In this document: positions 56,673 through 64,000 of the stretch, piece by piece
Numbering within the stretch: the first letter of the stretch is position 1
Layout: the number at the start of each line of letters is the position of its first letter
Origin: a candidate division FCPU426 bacterium
GTDB taxonomy: Bacteria; Oederibacteriota; Muellerivitia; Muellerivitales; Muellerivitaceae
Reading direction: 5' to 3'
Length of the DNA: 64,000 nucleotides
Assembly: GCA_963771075.1 (NCBI GenBank)
Contig: CAVYSE010000006.1
Location: 102,930-166,929 of the forward strand
Made by a program: the position numbers and the translations under genes
The notes under the pieces: generated by a model
Seen by the model: only the letters and a program-made list of their open reading frames with translations
Database searches by the model: none
Told to the model about the DNA's origin: nothing

Positions 56673-58649
56673 GCAGAGTAGAGCGCTGGCGCGTATGCCT
56701 TAGAGTACGGTGGCGAATCCAACCCTTTCGGATTGGGCCTCAGTCCGGCTCTCATCACCACGTTTCCAGCGCCCCCTCATCAAACCGTACGTGACCTTTT
56801 CGATCATACGGCTTTCCGACAACCTTTCAACCGGCAGCATTCAAGGCAAAAGCTGGAATCCAGTTCAAACCAAGGCGTTTCACTTCCTCGATCGACCATG
56901 TTCGTCCTTCCCAGGCGTACTTATGCCTCCGAAACAAAGTCAGCCTTTCGAGTACGTAAAATTGAAGCTTGGAAAAGTATGGCTGGCTGTCCCCAATTCG
57001 GAAATAGTTGGCCCACCCCCTTAACACCGGGTTCAAAGCCTTCGCTACATCCTCCATTGGAGATAAGAGCCGCTCTCGGCCCGCCGTCATCTGCTTCACT
57101 TTCTCGGCGATTTTCTTCATGGCCTTCCGGCTCGGCCAGCTCAGGCAACAGGTCTTACCCAATCCTACCACCGGCATACCTACTCGAAAGTGGAACCCAA
57201 GGAAGTCAAACCCTTCCTTCCCAGGCCCCATTTCCACCAGCCGTGTCTTTTCGGGGTGCAGTTCAAGCCCTAGTCGTCCCATCAATTCCTTGATGACTTC
57301 CAGGCTCTTTTCCGCATGGGCTTGGCTTCCGCACAACACCACAAAATCGTCGGCGTAGCGCACCAGCCTACCCAGTTTCCTGTGCCTCTTATTCCAAACC
57401 TTGTCCAGCAAGTGAAGGTAAACATTGGATAACAGCGGTGAGATCACCCCGCCTTGCGGTGTCCCTCGGAGAGTCGGCGTAAGCCTTCCTTCCTCAAACA
57501 CACCCGCCTTCAGCCACCCTCGGATCAGTTTCAAAACCTTCCGGTCACTGATCCTCTGGCGCACCAGCACCATCAGTTTGTCGTGGTCGATGGAATCGAA
57601 ATACTTCCGAATATCTCCATCCACCACCCATCTGTACCCGCCATTGATCCACTTCTTGATCTCCCGGTGGGCCTGCTGGGCTCCGCGTTTTGGCCGAAAT
57701 CCAAACGAGCCTTCCAGAAAGTCCGCCTCAAAGATGGGTTCCACCACCTTCCGGCAAGCCGCTTGAACTACCCGATCCCGAATTACCGGGATTCCCAACG
57801 GTCTCTTGCTTCCATCAGGCTTGGGTATTTCCACTCGTCTCACAGGTTTAGGCAGATACTTCCCAGCTTTGAGTTCTTCCTGGATGCCCTTCAGGAATGG
57901 AATAATTCCCACCTTCTCTTCGATCCATTCCAGCGTTTCCCCGTCCACTCCTCCTTGGCCTTTATTAGCCTTCACCTGTTTCCATGCCGCTGTCAGGACA
58001 TCCCATCGGGTCATCCTGTCATGCAGTACATGAAATCTCCGGCTTGGGCTCCTCTTGGCCGCTCGGTATAGCGCCCTTTGAAGGGTTCGCGCCTTGTCTT
58101 CGGAGTTGTTGGCCCTTTGGGGCATGCTCCAGCGCCTCCCTTTTGAAGGTTGCTTGGTTGAAGCAGGGGTCCTTCCCTCCAGGTGGTTTTGTTGTCCACC
58201 CTTCACAGGTATTGTGACCCCCTCCGACTTCCTCCCGCCCTTGCCCCTTTTCGGTTTTAGCCTTATAGCGGCAAGTCTTTTGGCGGGTAGGATCTCCCAG
58301 GTTGCTTGCAAAGCCTTTCCAGCATTCCGTTCCCCATACGCCGGAGGACTTGCCCCGCTTGCTCCAGATTCTTCAGCGGGATCGTGGCCTTCGCCGGTAG
58401 ACACGCGGCTCGGCATCCTCTTGCACCTTTCGGTGTCCCATTCACGACGCGGCAGGATTCACTTGATGTTGCGGACTGCTAGATTGTTCCCTCACTGAAT
58501 GAGGTTTATGACCCCGTTTCGGGCAGAACCTCTCGGTCCTACGCCGGGGGCTGACTTCCAGGCTCTCTGGCGATTACCTGGTCAGGATTTGGGCTGGCCC
58601 TCTTCGGCCTACTCCCTCACCTGCTGGCTCTACAAACCTTCGCTGGCAC
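56673..58649 (-). mobile_element. Group II intron (~1.98 kb)
   Basis: 5' GTGCC at 58649; domain V AAGCCGTATG...CACGTACGGTTT at ~56782-56815; domain VI GGGGGCGCTGG...CCAGCGCTCTACTC; RT ORF inside. Confidence 0.9.
56827..58125 (-). CDS. ltrA: Group II intron reverse transcriptase/maturase, no endonuclease domain
   Basis: GVDG, RPLGIP..RDRVVQ, SFGFRP, GTPQGGVISPLL, RYADD, FDFLGF, RGWANYF; ATG 58125 chosen. Confidence 0.95.
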   Translation of the reverse strand: MPQRANNSEDKARTLQRALYRAAKRSPSRRFHVLHDRMTRWDVLTAAWKQVKANKGQGGVDGETLEWIEEKVGIIPFLKGIQEELKAGKYLPKPVRRVEIPKPDGSKRPLGIPVIRDRVVQAACRKVVEPIFEADFLEGSFGFRPKRGAQQAHREIKKWINGGYRWVVDGDIRKYFDSIDHDKLMVLVRQRISDRKVLKLIRGWLKAGVFEEGRLTPTLRGTPQGGVISPLLSNVYLHLLDKVWNKRHRKLGRLVRYADDFVVLCGSQAHAEKSLEVIKELMGRLGLELHPEKTRLVEMGPGKEGFDFLGFHFRVGMPVVGLGKTCCLSWPSRKAMKKIAEKVKQMTAGRERLLSPMEDVAKALNPVLRGWANYFRIGDSQPYFSKLQFYVLERLTLFRRHKYAWEGRTWSIEEVKRLGLNWIPAFALNAAG

Positions 58650-58651
58650 GA

Positions 58652-58679
58652 TGTCCACGACGGGTCCCCGTCGTGGACA
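58652..58679. repeat. att-like site, copy 5 (perfect palindrome)
   Basis: TGTCCACGACGGG-TC-CCCGTCGTGGACA. Confidence 0.85.
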
Positions 58680-58722
58680 ACGCTTGATCTTTTTTCGGGG
58701 TTACCCCATGGCGGGAGTCCGG

Positions 58723-59619
58723 CTATTGCTTTCTTTCCCATTCGTACATCTTGTCCTTCGCGGCTCGGATCTGGGGCGAGTCGGGAGAAAGCTCGATGTA
58801 TTTCTTCATTTCCTTGATGGCTTCCGCATAATTGGCCTCTTGCTCCGCCAGAAGAATCGAAAGGTTGTAATGGGCGTCCGGGTACCAGGGCGCTTGTTCC
58901 AGTCCCTTGTAGAAAAGGTTGATGGCTTCGGTGTAGCCCTTTTCTTTGATGGCGGCCTCGCCCTGCACGAAATATTTTCTCGCGTCTTCCGGCAAATCCA
59001 TTTTTCTTCCGGCGGCTAGATATTGGGCCAGCGCAGCCGGGTATTGGTCCTCATAGGGGTCCACAGTGCCGTAATCGACCGTAGAAACCCGCATCACGCC
59101 GGTGCCGGGGTCGGTCGGGGCAAAGAGGATAATGTCCGTCTGGGCCAAGTCCATCCCGTGGCCCGGGATGGCGTTGGGCGGGGTGTAGCCGGGGTTTTTA
59201 ATGAAGGCGGAAACCGGGACCGTGACTTCCGTAAAATCGGAAGAGGGGATCTTAAAGTAGGCGATGTATTGAACGTGATAAGTGTCGTAGAGGCCCACAA
59301 GGGCCGTTCCTGGAAGGGTACATTTGATATTGAACTTCAGGGTACGCGCCCTCGAAAGGTTGGCTGGATTAGCCGGGCTGAGGTTTACCCAAAAACCCGC
59401 CCAACCGCCCGGAAGAATCGTGTATTTGTGTTTGGCGATCATGCCGTCGGCGCCGTGGTCAAAAGAGACCTCCGATTTGGACCCGAGGGTATCGCTATAG
59501 GGCTGGCCGGTCAACCATATCCAATCCTGAATGGTATAGGGACCGGCCCAAGCCGTGGCCGCGACCAAAATGTAAAAGGCCAACAAGACACCCGCGTAAA
59601 CAGCGTTTAAGCTTTTCAT
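58723..59619 (-). CDS. Secreted CBM11/CIA30-like + TPR protein (paralogue 4)
   Basis: Signal peptide, GGWAG...NLS...LKF...FTEVTVPVSAF, shared TPR tail. Confidence 0.75.
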   Translation of the reverse strand: MKSLNAVYAGVLLAFYILVAATAWAGPYTIQDWIWLTGQPYSDTLGSKSEVSFDHGADGMIAKHKYTILPGGWAGFWVNLSPANPANLSRARTLKFNIKCTLPGTALVGLYDTYHVQYIAYFKIPSSDFTEVTVPVSAFIKNPGYTPPNAIPGHGMDLAQTDIILFAPTDPGTGVMRVSTVDYGTVDPYEDQYPAALAQYLAAGRKMDLPEDARKYFVQGEAAIKEKGYTEAINLFYKGLEQAPWYPDAHYNLSILLAEQEANYAEAIKEMKKYIELSPDSPQIRAAKDKMYEWERKQ

Positions 59620-59649
59620 GCTTCCCTTTCCACTGAGGAACCTGCCCGC

Positions 59650-60570
59650 TTATTTCATGTTCTCCCACAATTGAATATCCTGCTCGGCTTCCGTGTTCCG
59701 GTCCGAATCGGGTGCGAGCTCTATGAATTTCTTCATTTCCGCGACGGCGTCTTCGTAATCCATTTCTTTATCCGCAAAAAGCTTCGCCAGGGGGAAGTGG
59801 GGGTCGGCGTACCAGGGGGCCAGCAGGATCGCCTGGTAGTAAAGGCCTTCCGCCTCGAAAGCGTGGTGTTTCTTCGACTCCGTTACCGCCTGGTCGAAAA
59901 ATTTCCTTGCCTCGGCTGGCAGGGTCAGCTTCCCGTCCGAATCGCGGAAATCCTGCAGGGCTTCCTTGAACTTTTCCTCGTATGGAACGGCGGGGCTGGC
60001 CATGACGGGCCCTACCGTGAACTCCCCTTTTCCAGGAGTGTTTATACCGACCCAGATATATGAAGCCTGGCTCATATCCATGGGGTGGCCGGTCACGGCC
60101 CCCGGGGGGGTGTAACTCGGGTTTTTGAAGAAGGCGGAAAAAGGAACCAGCACTTCCTTGAGATCCGTGGTGCTTTTGAAACCGACCACGTAATTCACGT
60201 GATTCGCGTCATTCATGCACAACCCGGCATCGGCGGGATAGGAGTTTTTGATTTTGAGCTTGAGGGACCGGGCTTCGGAAAGGTTGACCACGTTCTCAGG
60301 GCTGAGGCTTTGCCAGTATCCCGCGTAACCGCCCGAAACGATGTTGTAGGTGAGTTTGACCCATCGTTCGCCCGACCGGTCCAAGAAGGTGACCGAGGCG
60401 GTGGTCCCCGTGGCGTCCATATAGGGGCTCCCCTCCTTCCCGAACCAATCCTCGATGACCAGCGGATGGGCCGGGGAGGTTGTTTTGGGTGAATCCTCCG
60501 CGAGAACCGGCGCCGTTAATCCCGCCATCACCACCGTGAGAAGGCCGATGACTTTATTTGAAAGTTTCAA
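59650..60570 (-). CDS. Secreted CBM11/CIA30-like + TPR protein (paralogue 3)
   Basis: Same architecture: GGYAG...KEVLVPFSAF...APWY. Confidence 0.75.
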   Translation of the reverse strand: MKLSNKVIGLLTVVMAGLTAPVLAEDSPKTTSPAHPLVIEDWFGKEGSPYMDATGTTASVTFLDRSGERWVKLTYNIVSGGYAGYWQSLSPENVVNLSEARSLKLKIKNSYPADAGLCMNDANHVNYVVGFKSTTDLKEVLVPFSAFFKNPSYTPPGAVTGHPMDMSQASYIWVGINTPGKGEFTVGPVMASPAVPYEEKFKEALQDFRDSDGKLTLPAEARKFFDQAVTESKKHHAFEAEGLYYQAILLAPWYADPHFPLAKLFADKEMDYEDAVAEMKKFIELAPDSDRNTEAEQDIQLWENMK

Positions 60571-60618
60571 TTTCGACTCCTATTGATTCCCAGGGTGTGA
60601 AAAGATTGTCAAATTCCT

Positions 60619-61542
60619 TTAATAACGAGACGGCTTACTCGGTCCTGATTCGTCTTGGCTTTTAGAATCCGAACCGGGCTCGGACTCGTTTTTCATTTCC
60701 CAGTCGTAAATCTTGTCCTGGGCGGCCCTCGCGTCCGGGGAGCCGGGGTCAAGTTCGATAAAACGTTTCATCTCAACAATGGCATCGCCGTAGTCATTTT
60801 CCTGCTCGGCCAGGAGGATCGAAAGGTTGTAATGCGCCTGCGGGTACCAGGGGGCGGCTTGAAGGCCCTTGTAATATCTTTTCACGGACTCGCCGTAATT
60901 CTTGCCGTTGAAGGCCGACTCCGCCTGGACGAAATATTTCCTGGCCTCCTCCGGCACGGCCAGTTTCCCATGGGCGGAATGGTATTGCTTCAAGGCGGCA
61001 TCGTATTGATCCTCGTAGGAAAGCGACCATAGGGAAGGGTCCTGGGCCAGGGTGTTGAAATCATCCACGAATTGATGGGCCGCGTTGGCCGCTTCGTCTT
61101 TGCTGGAATAGGAGTATTTTTGGCCGGTTTGATCCTTGTCCTTGAAAAACACAAAACGGATCTTTTCCCCGAACGACTTATAAGTTTCCTTCGGTATTTT
61201 CGCTTCGGCACATTCCCCGTCCCACCAGCCCTCTTCCATTTCCCGTAAATCGCCGCAGGGGATGGAAATGGAGGTCTCCGGGGCATCCACCCATTGCACC
61301 GACATCAAACCTTTCGTGACGGGCCCGAGGGTTCCGCTCTTTTTGGTGTCGGGAAAATACACGAAACTGACGGTTTGGCAAAGCCTGGAGAAATCCCCAT
61401 AGGCTTTCAGGGTGGTTCCGATATTGGAGGCGCCTTCTCGGGGCTGGCCTCTTTGGGGTTTTATGGCCTCGGCGGATAATGCCATCCCCGCGAAGAATAA
61501 TCCCGCCATCACAATCGCGGTGGTTTTATTTAGAAATTTCAT
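60619..61542 (-). CDS. Secreted protein with unrelated N-domain + shared TPR tail (paralogue 2)
   Basis: C-terminal PEEARKYFVQAE...APWYPQAHYNL...RAAQDKIY shared with neighbours. Confidence 0.7.
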   Translation of the reverse strand: MKFLNKTTAIVMAGLFFAGMALSAEAIKPQRGQPREGASNIGTTLKAYGDFSRLCQTVSFVYFPDTKKSGTLGPVTKGLMSVQWVDAPETSISIPCGDLREMEEGWWDGECAEAKIPKETYKSFGEKIRFVFFKDKDQTGQKYSYSSKDEAANAAHQFVDDFNTLAQDPSLWSLSYEDQYDAALKQYHSAHGKLAVPEEARKYFVQAESAFNGKNYGESVKRYYKGLQAAPWYPQAHYNLSILLAEQENDYGDAIVEMKRFIELDPGSPDARAAQDKIYDWEMKNESEPGSDSKSQDESGPSKPSRY

Positions 61543-61551
61543 GATCCCTCC

Positions 61552-62481
61552 CTATTGGCCCTTCGATTCCCAAACATAAATCTTATCCTGGGCCGCCCTC
61601 GCGTCCGACGCTTTGGGGTTAAGCTCCAGGTACTTTTTCATCTCCTCCACAGCTTCTGGATATTTGTTCTCATGCTCCGCAAGGAGGATGGCGAGGTTGT
61701 AATGGGCCTGCGGATACCAGGCCGCCTCCACCAGTCCCTGGTAATAAAAATTCACGGCACCGTCGTAGTTCTTGTCACCCACCGCCGCTTCCGCCTGCAC
61801 GAAGTATTTGCGGGCTTCCTCGGGCAAGGCCATTTTTCCTCCGGAGGCCTGATAGGCCTCAAGCGCCGCCTTGTATTTTTCTTCGTAGGGGTTTTCCGTG
61901 CTGGTCATGATCGGGCCCACCATAATCACTCCCGTCCCCGGCCAAGTTACGCAAAATTGAAAAACGGGGCATTGGCTCAGGTTCATGGGGCGGCCCTGAA
62001 GGGCAGGAGGTGGCACAACATTGGGATCGGTGTCTTTTAAAAAGGAATAGAGGGGGACTGTTACGTCCGTAAAATCGGCCGATGAAATCTGGAAGACTGA
62101 GTACCAATACTGCTGGTTGGCATCCTGCATGAAGATCATGACGTATTGCGGAAGGGTCGCCTTCGCTTTGAATTTCAGTGAGCGGACACCGGATAGATCG
62201 GCGGGATTATTGGGGCTTGGAGAATGCCAAAAACATGCATATCCCCCCTTCGCAACGGAGTAGGTGAATTTAGCCACCCTTCCGCCAGGATTATCAAGGT
62301 AGGACATATCGGCCTGGGAGGCGCCTTGAGTGTTCGTCCACCCCGTCCCGGTGTACCAATCCTCGAAGGTATTAGGGGCGCTGACCCGGGGCGGGAGCGT
62401 CACGCAACCCGTTAAAACCAGACCTCCCGCCATAAGCGCGATGATGCTTTTTGATAATCTCAAGGTTCCCTCCCAAATCAA
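61552..62481 (-). CDS. Lipoprotein, CBM11/CIA30-like + TPR (paralogue 1)
   Basis: Lipobox LTGC, same beta-sandwich-like domain and TPR tail. Confidence 0.75.
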   Translation of the reverse strand: MIWEGTLRLSKSIIALMAGGLVLTGCVTLPPRVSAPNTFEDWYTGTGWTNTQGASQADMSYLDNPGGRVAKFTYSVAKGGYACFWHSPSPNNPADLSGVRSLKFKAKATLPQYVMIFMQDANQQYWYSVFQISSADFTDVTVPLYSFLKDTDPNVVPPPALQGRPMNLSQCPVFQFCVTWPGTGVIMVGPIMTSTENPYEEKYKAALEAYQASGGKMALPEEARKYFVQAEAAVGDKNYDGAVNFYYQGLVEAAWYPQAHYNLAILLAEHENKYPEAVEEMKKYLELNPKASDARAAQDKIYVWESKGQ

Positions 62482-62496
62482 AAATTCAAAAATCTC

Positions 62497-63984
62497 TCAC
62501 GGCACCGGCCAGGTGGGCGAGGTACCCTTTGGGACGAAAAAAGGTTTAGGACCTTTGACCGGTTGTCCGTTATCCGCCCGGATCGCCTCCAGGTAATGTT
62601 GCCCCGGCCGGACGTGGGTGGTGCAAAACCCGTTTGGCATGGCGGGGCCGCATTTGGAACCCCCATCCACGATGAGATAAAGCCAGGTTCCGCTGTTGTT
62701 CTGCATCGAGACCTGGGCCCAACCACTGCCAGGGATCTTGGGATTCTCGGCGATGATGATCCCCTCGACGTATTTGCGCATCATGTCCTCATCGGCAAAG
62801 CTCGCCGCCCGGTCTTCCTTTTCCTCCGTTTTTTCCTCTTTTTCCTTCAGGGCTTCCTTCTTCATCGCCTCTTGGGCCTGGGCTTTTAATACTTTCAACC
62901 GCTCATATTCGGCCTTCGCTTTTTCCAAGGCGGCCGTGTCACCGGGTGCTAGCCCTGAGACGGCTTGGTTATAGGCCGCGATCTTTTTTTCCAGGTCTTT
63001 CACAACCGCCTTAAAGCTTTCCTTATCGATCTCGATATTCGCCACCGCGATCTTCATCGATTCATAGTCGACATGGTCCTTTTCCCGTTTCGCCAAAAGA
63101 TCGTTGTATTGCCGGGCCTGGTCCTCGCTGACTTGGACGCTGTTGACGGCGGGAGGCAAATCGGTTTCCTTCATCTGGGTGATCGTCGGATCGAAAGCTT
63201 CCGAGGATAAAAATTTTGCGTCCTCGTCGCTGGAAGCGCTCGCGGCCTGCTGGGAAAAATAGACCGCCCGCTTGAGCTGATCGAGGCCGCTGTCGCCGAC
63301 CGGCGCGTTTGCGGGAGCCGCGTTCCCAGTGTCCATATCCATTGTTTTCATGCCGGGATCGCTTGAGGTATCCCCGAACATGTCTTTGTGCTGAACATCG
63401 CCTGCCTGCGAAATATTGGACATTTGAACGTTGTCCGCGTTGGAGATGAGCTTGAGCATGCCCTTGATGCGCTGGTACTTTTCCTCCGCCAGGCGGATCT
63501 GCCGCTGGCGTTCCATCTCGGCGGCGATGGCGAGCCGGCGTTGTGCCTCTTGTTCCCGCGCTTCCTCAGCGGCGATCTCAGCCGAGTTATCGGGTTGGGA
63601 AAAGAGACCCGCGATGAAACCCTGGAGCAGGGGGGCGGAGAAGGCCAAAACCCTCTGCTGGGAGGTGGAATGGGGGTCGAGAATGACCTGGGCGGCGAGG
63701 TGATCGAGGCTGTCGGAACTGGAGGTGGAGGAGGAACTAGTGCCGCCGCTACCCTGGCAGGGCGAAACGGCGCCGGGGTCCAGATTTTGGGAGGTGATTA
63801 AATTGCTCCTGGACTGTTCGCAATCGCCATCTGTGGCGAAGGGGCCGACGATATTGTTTCCGCCCAGTTGTTGGGCGCAGATATCGCATCGATATGTGTA
63901 TTGGGCAAGCACGGGATGAAGCGGAAATAACAAGGACAGGGCCGCCCAGCAGGCAACGGAAAGGCGACTCACAAACCTATTCAT
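62497..63984 (-). CDS. Secreted coiled-coil protein with small Cys-containing terminal domains
   Basis: Signal peptide ending VLA-Q, four Cys in the N-domain, E/K/A-rich coils, two Cys in the C-domain. Confidence 0.65.
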   Translation of the reverse strand: MNRFVSRLSVACWAALSLLFPLHPVLAQYTYRCDICAQQLGGNNIVGPFATDGDCEQSRSNLITSQNLDPGAVSPCQGSGGTSSSSTSSSDSLDHLAAQVILDPHSTSQQRVLAFSAPLLQGFIAGLFSQPDNSAEIAAEEAREQEAQRRLAIAAEMERQRQIRLAEEKYQRIKGMLKLISNADNVQMSNISQAGDVQHKDMFGDTSSDPGMKTMDMDTGNAAPANAPVGDSGLDQLKRAVYFSQQAASASSDEDAKFLSSEAFDPTITQMKETDLPPAVNSVQVSEDQARQYNDLLAKREKDHVDYESMKIAVANIEIDKESFKAVVKDLEKKIAAYNQAVSGLAPGDTAALEKAKAEYERLKVLKAQAQEAMKKEALKEKEEKTEEKEDRAASFADEDMMRKYVEGIIIAENPKIPGSGWAQVSMQNNSGTWLYLIVDGGSKCGPAMPNGFCTTHVRPGQHYLEAIRADNGQPVKGPKPFFVPKGTSPTWPVP

Positions 63985-64000
63985 TCGGATGTTCCTTAAC

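Noticed and set aside
56827..58416. DGR, retron or CRISPR-associated RT; 529-aa ORF start
   Set aside because: Domains V/VI and the maturase motif mark a group II intron. The upstream 97 codons are intron RNA, so the ATG at 58125 is preferred. No TR/VR pair was seen.

Overview
Bacterial chromosomal window from a diderm organism, in two parts. (1) About 1-36.7 kb is core and envelope genes. A + strand block (mutL, miaA, NUDIX, sppA, beta-propeller proteins, a peptidase/Omp85-like fusion, a Xer-family recombinase, an aminotransferase) converges at ~13.9 kb on a long - strand block (tRNA-Arg, apt, a frameshifted sigma-70 gene, acyP, two tRNA-Pro, MerR, IHF, gpsA-plsY-der, a FabD homologue lacking its catalytic residues, a DUF2723 glycosyltransferase, TonB-ExbD-ExbB, an outer-membrane barrel, a giant TPR protein, OmpA, LysM). 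A + strand ClC gene follows. A perfect 13-6-13 dif/lox-like palindrome abuts the recombinase start codon. (2) About 36.8-64 kb is an accessory mosaic: three toxin-antitoxin pairs, RNase H-like and HNH nucleases, SRAP-umuDC, a UvrD-like helicase, a truncated large serine recombinase, a group II intron and four tandem TPR paralogues. The most unusual signals are: a non-coding array of a 9-bp motif phased at alternating 21/22 bp directly upstream of a ParB-HTH/transmembrane/PDZ-like protein; five copies of an att-like (GGG)TCCCCGTCGTGGAC site that delimit one- or two-gene segments, with the intron inserted 2 nt from the perfect copy; and a 242-nt hairpin-dense insert splitting the 5' end of umuC. 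All calls come from reading motifs by eye; no database searches were run.
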